A DNA stretch of 64,000 nt from an uncultured Gammaproteobacteria bacterium (GTDB taxonomy: Bacteria; Patescibacteriota; Patescibacteriia; Magasanikbacterales; JBBTQS01), in assembly GCA_964627525.1 (NCBI GenBank), contig CAZVIA010000002.1:59262-123261 (forward strand). Reading direction: 5' to 3'. Position numbers and translations under genes: made by a program. The notes below the pieces were generated by a model. The model was not told the DNA's origin, made no database searches, and was given only the letters and a program-made list of their open reading frames with translations. Below, piece after piece: positions 37,076 through 45,998 of this stretch. The stretch's first letter is position 1, and every line of letters begins with the position of its first letter.

Positions 37076-37783
37076 TCATTTTTTCTTACAAATATACATT
37101 GGCCAACGTTCAAAAAAAGCAGTCCATAATTTAGAATGTTTTTTCTTTGTATTAGAACCAACCTCTATAACTTTAAAACCACAATCATAAATAAATTTTT
37201 CTTCACTCCAAATATTATTAAATGCATAATACAACTCTCCATTCTTATGATGTTCTGTACGAACATGATATCCAAAATGAAACTTCAAAATATTTTTCCA
37301 AAAATCTAAAAAGTTTCTTTTAGTTCTTGGCAAAGCAATACTATTATGATGTGTATACATAAACACACCTTCATCTTTCAAAACCCTACACGCTTGTTTA
37401 AGCACTTCAGCTCTTTTGCTTCTTGGATGAACACAATCAATTCCTTGATTTGGAAACATCACTACATCAAAAATTTTATCTTGAAAACTTAATTCAGCAG
37501 CGTTCATTAATCTTAAATCTAAATCTGGATGACGTTCGCGACCTCTTTGCAAAAAAGCTTCAACCATATCAACCCCAACCACAATCGCACCACGATCTTT
37601 TACAAATCTTGTTGAGCGACCAACCCCACAACCCAAATCCAAAACTTTCATTCCAGGTTTAATATATTTTTCAAAAAAATATTCCTCAGACGCGCGAATA
37701 TAATCTGTATCATAGACATCCACTGCTTTTTTATCTGAATAAGTTGTTTTGTTTACATTTTCTAAATCCTTATTTAAATCCAT
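37076..37783 (-). CDS. Class I SAM-dependent methyltransferase
   Basis: Motif I VLDLGCGVGRST. Confidence 0.65.
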   Translation of the reverse strand: MDLNKDLENVNKTTYSDKKAVDVYDTDYIRASEEYFFEKYIKPGMKVLDLGCGVGRSTRFVKDRGAIVVGVDMVEAFLQRGRERHPDLDLRLMNAAELSFQDKIFDVVMFPNQGIDCVHPRSKRAEVLKQACRVLKDEGVFMYTHHNSIALPRTKRNFLDFWKNILKFHFGYHVRTEHHKNGELYYAFNNIWSEEKFIYDCGFKVIEVGSNTKKKHSKLWTAFFERWPMYICKKK

Positions 37784-37800
37784 ATTAATTTAAATTTCTA

Positions 37801-38832
37801 TCAGTTTTTTGCGTCAAACTTTAAAAGGTGTTCAATTATATAATTTTGTTCGGTTTTTGTCAATAAAGGATAAATAGGAATTGAAACTGTTGTTTTTAAT
37901 AATTCTTCTGCATTTGGTAAAGTTTTTGGCTGACCATAAACTTTATGCAAAACCTGCTTAACACCAAAACCTGTTTCAATACCTTTTGCTAATAAATATT
38001 TTCTTAATTTTTTTGCGTGCTTTGTGCGAATGCAAAACCTATAAAACAAATGATCTTTGTGTAAATATGTTTTTGGTAAAACATAATCAGTATTTTTCAA
38101 TGCAACAAAATATTTTTTTGCTAAACTTTTCCGCACACTGATAAATTTCCTCAACTTCTTTATTTGTTCTAAAACAATTGCAGAATTTATATCACTTAGT
38201 TCTAAATTTAATTTTTGTTTTTGTAATTTAATTTTTTTATCCAATCCAACCAAAGAAGTTGCAACTGCCCCACCACAACCTCCAGTAATAATTTTTGTGG
38301 CATAAAAAGAATACACAACAATATCACCAAAATTACCAGCTAATTTTTTATTAAAACTCGCACCAACAGACATTGCACAATCTTCAATAATCGGCACATT
38401 AAATTTTTCACTTATTTTTTTCAAAGCGTGCATTTCAGCCATTTGCCCATACATATGTGGAACAATTATTGCTTTGGTTTTTTTATTAATTACCTGTGCA
38501 ACAGCAACAGAGCTAATATTAAAATCGCTTAAACACACATCAACTATTTTTGGCTGAGCACCAACCATTTCAACTGCTTTTAACAAGGCATCACACACAT
38601 AAGCTGGAATTATCACCTCATGACCTTTTCTCACATCCAACCCAACCAAAGCTAAATATAAAGCAGAAGTTCCAGAATTTGTTAATATAACTTTTGATTT
38701 CCTAGAAATTTGTGAAAGTTTTTTACATAACAAATCACCCTTTTGACCCTGACTAATCATTCCACTCTCAAGAACTTTTTTCACAGCAAAAAATTCTTCT
38801 TTTGCTAAACTGGGTTTTGAATGCTTAATCAT
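37801..38832 (-). CDS. DegT/DnrJ/EryC1/StrS-family PLP-dependent sugar aminotransferase (short form)
   Basis: N-terminal KKVLESGMISQG and a region of DegT-like organisation; 343 aa. Confidence 0.55.
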   Translation of the reverse strand: MIKHSKPSLAKEEFFAVKKVLESGMISQGQKGDLLCKKLSQISRKSKVILTNSGTSALYLALVGLDVRKGHEVIIPAYVCDALLKAVEMVGAQPKIVDVCLSDFNISSVAVAQVINKKTKAIIVPHMYGQMAEMHALKKISEKFNVPIIEDCAMSVGASFNKKLAGNFGDIVVYSFYATKIITGGCGGAVATSLVGLDKKIKLQKQKLNLELSDINSAIVLEQIKKLRKFISVRKSLAKKYFVALKNTDYVLPKTYLHKDHLFYRFCIRTKHAKKLRKYLLAKGIETGFGVKQVLHKVYGQPKTLPNAEELLKTTVSIPIYPLLTKTEQNYIIEHLLKFDAKN

Positions 38833-39587
38833 TTTTTTAAAATTATAATTAATGACTGCCCAAAAAATCTCTTAAAAAATATATCGAAAAATTTTGCAAC
38901 AGGTAAAACATATTTTTCAAAAAACATCACCTGCTTATTTACTTTATCATCATTTAAACTTTTTGGCCTAATGATACGACCGGTTATAAACCAACCAATC
39001 GCTCCTATAAAATTAAAATATTCCACTTTAACAACTTTCCAACCACTTACCTCACATTTATTAACCAACTCTTTTTTGGAATATCTACGACAATGACCTG
39101 CCAATCTATCCATACTTCCATAAAGTTTTTTTCCAGACGGAACTATCACAACAAAACTTGCACCACTTTCAAAAACCTCACAAACATTTCTCAAAAACTG
39201 TTCATCATTTTCAACGTGCTCTAAAACATTAAAACAAAAACCTGAATCACAATAATAACTTTTAATTTGCTCCAAATTATTTTGCAAAAAATCAAAACGC
39301 AGACATTGCACTTTTTTATTTTCTGAAAATTCTCTACTACACAAATCAATACACTCTTGAGAAATATCAATTGCTAAAATCAAATTTTTATTTTTATCTG
39401 CAAGTTGTTTTGTATAATTACAATAACCACACCCAATTTCCAAAATCCTATTTTTTAAATAAGGTTGAGCCTTACTCAATAACCAAGCGTGATATTTATC
39501 AACATCTGCCATTGCATTAGACATTGTTGATAATCCCACAGCTGGTGGCGTAGGTGTAACTGAAGTAGTTGAACTTTTTTCAATCAT
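38829..39587 (-). CDS. Class I SAM-dependent methyltransferase
   Basis: ILEIGCGYCNYT motif I. Confidence 0.6.
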   Translation of the reverse strand: MIEKSSTTSVTPTPPAVGLSTMSNAMADVDKYHAWLLSKAQPYLKNRILEIGCGYCNYTKQLADKNKNLILAIDISQECIDLCSREFSENKKVQCLRFDFLQNNLEQIKSYYCDSGFCFNVLEHVENDEQFLRNVCEVFESGASFVVIVPSGKKLYGSMDRLAGHCRRYSKKELVNKCEVSGWKVVKVEYFNFIGAIGWFITGRIIRPKSLNDDKVNKQVMFFEKYVLPVAKFFDIFFKRFFGQSLIIILKK

Positions 39588-39588
39588 T

Positions 39589-40356
39589 TTAAACTTTATT
39601 AATCACAACTGACCAACTATAATCCCTAACTGACTGAATTTTATAATCAAGTGGTCCAGGCAATTTTTTAACCAAAGCCATAACCTCTTCCTTTGTCCAA
39701 TAATTTGCCACACGAGGAACTAAATGATCTAAAACAGTATGAATAATATGCTTGTAACTTGTTTTAGCCATTGTTTTCATATACTGGTTTTTGTGTGGAA
39801 AAATTTTTAAAAACAAATACAGCGGCGTTGCAAAAACATATGAAATTGCATGAGTTAAGAGCAAAGGCAACTTAGATGTTATTTTACGAATTGGATTTAT
39901 ATATTTAACCACCCATTCATTATTTTTATATCCATAAACCCAAATTGCCAACTTCCCACCTGATTTTGTTGCGGAATATAAATTACGCAAAGCCTTTCCT
40001 GGATTTTCTAGATGATGAAGTACTCCAATTGAAAAAACAATATCAAACTCATTCTCATAATTAATTTTATAAATATCTTGAAATTGCACTTCAGCATTTT
40101 TTGTATGCTTTAATAAATCTGTAGCAGCATCAATTGACTGAAAATCAAAATCAAAACCAACAACTTTTTTAGCACCCCAAGCTGTAGCTGTTAAATAACA
40201 ATATCTTCCCATTCCACAACCAGCGTCCAGAATTTTTTTATTTTTAAAATCTTCTTTTCTTAAATCCCCCATCCAGCCTGAAAACTGCTCTTCATAAATC
40301 GGAGGAAGAATGGCATATTTTTTCCAAGCATAACCAAATCTTTCTTGAGAACTCAT
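39589..40356 (-). CDS. Class I SAM-dependent methyltransferase
   Basis: ILDAGCGMGRY motif I and acidic motif II. Confidence 0.6.
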   Translation of the reverse strand: MSSQERFGYAWKKYAILPPIYEEQFSGWMGDLRKEDFKNKKILDAGCGMGRYCYLTATAWGAKKVVGFDFDFQSIDAATDLLKHTKNAEVQFQDIYKINYENEFDIVFSIGVLHHLENPGKALRNLYSATKSGGKLAIWVYGYKNNEWVVKYINPIRKITSKLPLLLTHAISYVFATPLYLFLKIFPHKNQYMKTMAKTSYKHIIHTVLDHLVPRVANYWTKEEVMALVKKLPGPLDYKIQSVRDYSWSVVINKV

Positions 40357-40359
40357 AAT

Positions 40360-41994
40360 TTATTTTTGTATTTCAAACATTGTATAATCTGCATTCTTAT
40401 ATATTTCTAACAAATTTTCTGTCACTTGTCCAGACCACTCACCTCTTGGCATCACAAAATGAGTGCACCCGGTTTTTAAAGCAAACTCAATGACTTTTTT
40501 AAGATCACCAGACCCAGTCTGTTCTTTATACAATATATATTCATCATACCATCGCTGACTATTTTCAGATGTGCTTGAATAATATAATGCACCTTCTTTA
40601 AAAGTCATGTTAGTATTTGTTTGGCTTAAAACTTTAAAATTAAAATCATCAAATATAAAAACTTTTGCATCGGTCTGACTTAAATTTTCACGAGAAAACC
40701 TTGCTATATCTTTTAGATTTTCAAAATCCCATTTAACCATTTCTTTGGATGCTGGCGCAAGATTAAATTTTTCTCTAATTTCAATTGGAACAACTTTTCT
40801 TACAACAGACCTGATAAACGGAGCAGAAAAATAAATCGGATAAAAAATCAATACAACTCCAGTTGCAACAGCTAATTTTTTCTTTCCAATTTTATTTAAA
40901 ATCCACAAATCAAAAACAGCTAAAGCAATCCACAAAAACCCAACAGCTCTCGCAAGTCGCAAATGCTCAACAAACAAAGGTGGTTTAAAATTAATAGATT
41001 GATAATAATTTCCCAAATCCACTACAAAAATAAATAATATAAAAATTATTGTAAAACTAACTATTGATTTGTGAGCCAAATGCATTTGTTTTGGAATTTG
41101 CGCGTGATATTTTTTAAACAAATAAAACGAAAGCAAAAACAAAATCAATAACGGTGTACCATCCCACAAACCACGTTTTGCATATTCAAAATCAACATCC
41201 CAAATTGCTGTTTCAGAAACCCTAAAATCAATTATCTCTGCTTGCTTAGCCTGATCTTCAACACTTACTAATTCCCCAGGATTTATTTGTTGAGTAAATG
41301 TATTTGAAAAATGTCCGTACCAAAACAAAGAAGACCCTAATAAATAAATTACAGCAAACAACGCAATGGGTTTAAAATATTTTTTTCTATGAACAACTAG
41401 TGCGGTCAAAATAAACATTCCAATAACTAAAATCCCAGCTGGTGGATACAAATAAACAGACAAAGCTGCAACTAAAGCCAAAACAATATTTTTTCTTTTA
41501 TCTTTTAAACCATAAACAACCCAATACAAACTCAACAACAAATACAAAGGAAACACCAAGCCAACTCCACGAACATTATCAAAATCCATTAAACCGATTT
41601 GTGTTGGATAAATATATTTTGGAATTATCAAAAGCACACCCACCAAACCAGCCAAAACCCAAGACTTTGTAAATTTATAAATAACAAGCCCACTTATTAA
41701 ATAAGTCAAAACCAACAACACCAACCCAATTGAAAGATACCCAGTCATTGAACCCTGCATTCCTAAATTTGCATAATATAAAATCGGATAAGCCAAATAA
41801 AACGGCTCCTGATTATACAATCTAGGTAAACCATCCCAATATTCATAATTTTGTTGCAAAACATTTAGTTGATACATCCAAACATCAGAACTTATTGCAT
41901 CTACATCCTTATGCAAATTCTCTTGCAAAAACAATCCAACAAAAATAATCAAAATTAATATAAAAAAAATAAAAGGTTTGAGGATTTTTCGCAT
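40360..41994 (-). CDS. Polytopic membrane protein with C-terminal soluble domain, possible GT-C-fold (ArnT/PMT-like) glycosyltransferase
   Basis: About 10 N-terminal TM helices plus a ~150-aa C-terminal domain. Sits beside an aminotransferase/GT2/formyltransferase module. Architecture-level call only. Confidence 0.35.
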   Translation of the reverse strand: MRKILKPFIFFILILIIFVGLFLQENLHKDVDAISSDVWMYQLNVLQQNYEYWDGLPRLYNQEPFYLAYPILYYANLGMQGSMTGYLSIGLVLLVLTYLISGLVIYKFTKSWVLAGLVGVLLIIPKYIYPTQIGLMDFDNVRGVGLVFPLYLLLSLYWVVYGLKDKRKNIVLALVAALSVYLYPPAGILVIGMFILTALVVHRKKYFKPIALFAVIYLLGSSLFWYGHFSNTFTQQINPGELVSVEDQAKQAEIIDFRVSETAIWDVDFEYAKRGLWDGTPLLILFLLSFYLFKKYHAQIPKQMHLAHKSIVSFTIIFILFIFVVDLGNYYQSINFKPPLFVEHLRLARAVGFLWIALAVFDLWILNKIGKKKLAVATGVVLIFYPIYFSAPFIRSVVRKVVPIEIREKFNLAPASKEMVKWDFENLKDIARFSRENLSQTDAKVFIFDDFNFKVLSQTNTNMTFKEGALYYSSTSENSQRWYDEYILYKEQTGSGDLKKVIEFALKTGCTHFVMPRGEWSGQVTENLLEIYKNADYTMFEIQK

Positions 41995-42083
41995 AATTTA
42001 AACAAAACCAAGCTGATTATACATCAACAGTTTGGTATTTACAAAAAAATTATCTTAAGCTAAGATATACACACTTTAAAGAT

Positions 42084-43088
42084 TTGGCTAAATTTATGGA
42101 AATTATTCAGGAACCAAAGAAAAAAGTCTTATTATTAGGAGGAGCTGGATTTTTGGGATATTATATTTCTCATGAATTACATGATTTAGGTCATGAAGTT
42201 GTTATTTATGATGGTTATATAAATTTTTTGGATCACGACAAATCTAATTATAAATTATTTTTGCGTGAACGAACCAAGGATTTGGCTAAATTTTGTAAAA
42301 TGGAATATGGTGATATTCGAGACACAGATCGTTTAATAAAAGTTTTGAATGAACATAAGCCAGATGTTGTTGTGATGTTAGCTGCTATTCCAATTGCAAA
42401 TGTTTGTAACCAAATGGCTTCAGAAGCTTTGGACATAAACTTGAATGGAACAATGTCTGTTTTGCGTGCACTTGGTACAAATGATTTTGTTAAAAGAATA
42501 ATTTATTCATCATCAAGTTTTGTTTATGGAAATTTCCAATATGCACCTTGTGATGAAAAGCACCCTTGTACACCAATTGATGTTTATGGTGGCACAAAAC
42601 TAGCAACAGAAAATTTGATCAAAGGATTTTCAACTCGCTATGGTCGTGAATATGTAATTGTAAGACCGTCTGCTGTATATGGACCTTTGGATGCAAACCG
42701 CCGTGTGAGTCAAATTTTTGTAGAAAATGCTTTATTAGGAAAACCTATCACTATTCATGATCCTAAAACTGTTTTAGATTTTAGTTATATTAAAGACACT
42801 GCAGATGGTTTTACAAAAGTTATTACAAAAGTTAATGCAGCAAACGAAGTCTTTAATATTACAAGAGGCGAAGGTCGGACTTTATTAGAGTTCGCACAAA
42901 TTATTAAAAACCTAATACCTAATGTTGAAATTAAAACACAGTTTGATGCTGAAGAAGCTCGTCGTCCTGTGCGCGGTGGTTTAGATATTCGCAAAGCTCG
43001 CGAAATGTTAGGTTATGATCCTAAATATTCAATTGAAAAAGGGTTGGCAGAGTACATCCCATTTGTAAAACAAAAATTTGGCCTATGA
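42084..43088 (+). CDS. NAD-dependent nucleotide-sugar epimerase/dehydratase (SDR)
   Basis: LLLGGAGFLGYYISHEL Rossmann motif and YGGTK (YxxxK) active site. Confidence 0.7.
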   Translation: MAKFMEIIQEPKKKVLLLGGAGFLGYYISHELHDLGHEVVIYDGYINFLDHDKSNYKLFLRERTKDLAKFCKMEYGDIRDTDRLIKVLNEHKPDVVVMLAAIPIANVCNQMASEALDINLNGTMSVLRALGTNDFVKRIIYSSSSFVYGNFQYAPCDEKHPCTPIDVYGGTKLATENLIKGFSTRYGREYVIVRPSAVYGPLDANRRVSQIFVENALLGKPITIHDPKTVLDFSYIKDTADGFTKVITKVNAANEVFNITRGEGRTLLEFAQIIKNLIPNVEIKTQFDAEEARRPVRGGLDIRKAREMLGYDPKYSIEKGLAEYIPFVKQKFGL

Positions 43089-44197
43089 TTCCATTATGCA
43101 AACCATATATAAATGAAAAAGAATTTGAGTACGTTGAGAAAGTTTTGAAATCCGGCTGGTTGGCTGATGGCCCAATCAATCGTGAATTTGAAAAACAATT
43201 TGCAGAATACATCGGAGTAAAACATGCTGTGTGTATGAACTCTGCAACCAGTGCTTTGTTTATTGTTTTAAAAGCTTTAGACATAACAGGTGAGGTAATA
43301 ATTCCAAGTTTTACTTTCAGTGCAACAGCAAATGCAATTGTAACTGCTGGAGCAACTCCTGTTTTTGTGGACATTGATTTTAAAACTGGAAATATTGATG
43401 TCGCAAAAATTAAAGCTGCTGTCACAGAAAAAACTCAAGCTATCATGCCAGTGCATTTAGCTGGACAAAGTTGTAATATGGATGCTCTAATGCGAATTTG
43501 TCGTGAAGATAATTTGCATTTGATTGAAGATAGTGCAGAAGCTATTGGTGCACATTATAAAGGACGAAAAACTGGTTCATTTGGAATTGGTTGTTTTTCA
43601 TTTTTCCCAGTAAAAAATATGACAACTGGTGAAGGTGGAATGTTAACTACTAATGACAATGCTTTGGCTCAAAAAATTCAGACTTTGGTAGCGCATGGAA
43701 TACCTCGTCATATTCAAAAAAATCCTAAAAAATTCTGGGAACGTTCGTCTCATGAAGCTGGATATAATTTTCGCTTAAGTTCTATTTTAGCTGCAATTGG
43801 TTTAGTGCAATTAAACAAACTAGATACAATGAACGCAATGCGTCAGAAAAACGCAACTTATTTAAATCAAAACCTTGATAAAGAAAATGTTGAAGTGCCT
43901 TATCTGGCTGATGGCTGTGATCATGTTTATCAAATGTACACAATTCGTGTTGCTCCAGAAATTCGTGATGAGTTAGTGCATTTTTTACGTGAAAGAGAGA
44001 TTTGTGCCTCAGTACATTTTGATCCACCAGTTCATGAACAAAAGTTTTATAAAGGTTGGTATAAAAGTGAAGGGCTTGAACAAACTGAAAAACTTGCGCG
44101 TTCAATTATTACATTACCAATGTTTCCGCAAATGACACCACATCAATTAGAAAAAATCACAAACACTGTAAATAACTTTTTTCAAAAAAATAAATAA
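43085..44197 (+). CDS. DegT/DnrJ/EryC1/StrS-family sugar aminotransferase (ArnB/PseC-like)
   Basis: IPLCKPYINEKEFEYVEKVLKSGWLADGP N-terminus and a conserved PLP-lysine region. Confidence 0.75.
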   Translation: MIPLCKPYINEKEFEYVEKVLKSGWLADGPINREFEKQFAEYIGVKHAVCMNSATSALFIVLKALDITGEVIIPSFTFSATANAIVTAGATPVFVDIDFKTGNIDVAKIKAAVTEKTQAIMPVHLAGQSCNMDALMRICREDNLHLIEDSAEAIGAHYKGRKTGSFGIGCFSFFPVKNMTTGEGGMLTTNDNALAQKIQTLVAHGIPRHIQKNPKKFWERSSHEAGYNFRLSSILAAIGLVQLNKLDTMNAMRQKNATYLNQNLDKENVEVPYLADGCDHVYQMYTIRVAPEIRDELVHFLREREICASVHFDPPVHEQKFYKGWYKSEGLEQTEKLARSIITLPMFPQMTPHQLEKITNTVNNFFQKNK

Positions 44198-44203
44198 AAA
44201 AAT

Positions 44204-45118
44204 ATGGAAAAATATCATTTGCCATATGTAGTTGTATTTATTCCTGCATACAACGAAGAGGATTCAATTGGTCGTGTTATTGAAATGACAAAAGACCAAT
44301 ACAAAGGACCAAATCAAATTCAAAATGATTATGTTTTGGATATTATTGTAATTGACGACGGTTCAACAGATAGAACAAGTGAGATTGCACGTGAGCATGG
44401 ACTAAGAGTTGTACACCATCCAAAAAACCAAGGATTAGGCGGAGCAACACGAACTGCTTTACGAACTTGTTATGAAATGGGTGCTACAGTTGGTGTTAAA
44501 ATTGATGCTGATTTTCAACATGATCCAGAAGATATTGATAAAGTTGTACGACCAATTTTAGAAGACCGCGCTGATTCTGTTTTTGGAACAAGATTTAAAG
44601 GTGGCTTAGAATATAAAATGCCTTTGTATCGTGACTGGGGAAATAAATTTTTCAGCTGGTTAACTGGACTGATTACTGGTTTAAAAGTTACAGATGGACA
44701 AACTGGTTTAATGGCCTTTCATCGTCGTTACTTAAAAATTGCCAACTTAACTCAAAGCTATAATGAAACACAACAACTGATTATTGATTCTTGGGGAAAA
44801 CACATGCGCGTTACCGAGGTGCCAGTTTTGTTTCATAAACGCACAACCGGAACATCATTTATTTCATGGAAATATCCTTTGATTGTTTTACCAAACATGA
44901 TTCGCTTATTTATTCATTTCAAACCTTTACGATTTTTCTTGCCAGTTGGAGTGTTGTCAATAATTGCCGGACTTGTAATTGCAATTTTAATGACTTACAA
45001 CAACGGAGACCCTGTTGGAATTTTTGGAAATGCATCAGTAGCAATCTTTATTTTAGCTGGATTACAAATAATGTTCTTTGGAATGTTAGCTGACCAAATC
45101 GGCAAAAAGCGTTTCTAA
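44204..45118 (+). CDS. GT2 polyprenyl-phosphate glycosyltransferase with C-terminal TM pair (ArnC/DPM1-like)
   Basis: VVFIPAYNEEDSI...VIDDGSTDRT, DAD motif, two C-terminal TM helices. Confidence 0.7.
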   Translation: MEKYHLPYVVVFIPAYNEEDSIGRVIEMTKDQYKGPNQIQNDYVLDIIVIDDGSTDRTSEIAREHGLRVVHHPKNQGLGGATRTALRTCYEMGATVGVKIDADFQHDPEDIDKVVRPILEDRADSVFGTRFKGGLEYKMPLYRDWGNKFFSWLTGLITGLKVTDGQTGLMAFHRRYLKIANLTQSYNETQQLIIDSWGKHMRVTEVPVLFHKRTTGTSFISWKYPLIVLPNMIRLFIHFKPLRFFLPVGVLSIIAGLVIAILMTYNNGDPVGIFGNASVAIFILAGLQIMFFGMLADQIGKKRF

Positions 45119-45158
45119 TAATTTTATATCTGGAATTTGATCTAAAATCGATTTAAAA

Positions 45159-45989
45159 TTACTTCCTAAAATAATCTCTAAATTTAAAAAACTGCCAGCC
45201 CATGTTGCGCAGTTTTTTAATTTCTTTTTTTGTTGGGATAGAAAAATATTCACCCTGATCTGAAGGATTTTCTTTTGTGTGAACTTCTTCACCTAATTTT
45301 ATTTTTGTAATAAAATTTATTAGCAACTCAGCAGCACCTTGCATACACCTCATTGTTATTGAATGTTCTGTGTCAGTTTTTTGCACTTTAAAAAGCCTTT
45401 GATCAATAATTCTGCCAGTATCAATTCCTGGATCAATATAATGCAAAGTTATCCCAATATGATCCTCACCACCCAACAAAGCCCTCAGAATCGGCCCTAC
45501 GCCCTTATATTTAGGCAATTCAGATGCATGAGTGTTCACAATCCCATATTTTGGTATGTTTATAATTTTTTTTGAAATTTTTTCCATTGAGCCAATTGAC
45601 ATAATTATATCTGGCATCATTGCTTTTATTAAATTTGTTTTGTGAATTTTTTTTAAATTATTAAATGGACTAAGCACAAAAAAATTATTTATTTTTGAAC
45701 CAAGTTTGTTGTAAGGATAATAAGGTGAATTTTTTTTATTAAAAATTTTTGCATATGTCTGCGCTAATAAAAATAAAAACTTTTTAAACCCTTGAGTAAA
45801 AACATAATTAGCCCCGCTAATTTTTAAGTAACGCCTTAAAGCTTGTGAAGTTTTTTTACCCGGCACAATCCAATCTTGTTCAAGCACAAAAACATAATCA
45901 TCTTTTTCAAAAATCCCAGAATGCAAAAGTTGATTCAAAATATAATTTGAATATGGATATCCTTTTAGTGCAAAAATCACATATCTCAT
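45159..45989 (-). CDS. Formyltransferase-domain protein (sugar N-formyltransferase / ArnA-N-like)
   Basis: GIVNTHASELPKYKGVGPILRALLGGEDHIGITLHYIDPGIDTGRII matches the formyl_trans_N catalytic core (N.H.S.LP...G....D.G). Confidence 0.65.
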   Translation of the reverse strand: MRYVIFALKGYPYSNYILNQLLHSGIFEKDDYVFVLEQDWIVPGKKTSQALRRYLKISGANYVFTQGFKKFLFLLAQTYAKIFNKKNSPYYPYNKLGSKINNFFVLSPFNNLKKIHKTNLIKAMMPDIIMSIGSMEKISKKIINIPKYGIVNTHASELPKYKGVGPILRALLGGEDHIGITLHYIDPGIDTGRIIDQRLFKVQKTDTEHSITMRCMQGAAELLINFITKIKLGEEVHTKENPSDQGEYFSIPTKKEIKKLRNMGWQFFKFRDYFRK

Positions 45990-45998
45990 ATAATTCTA

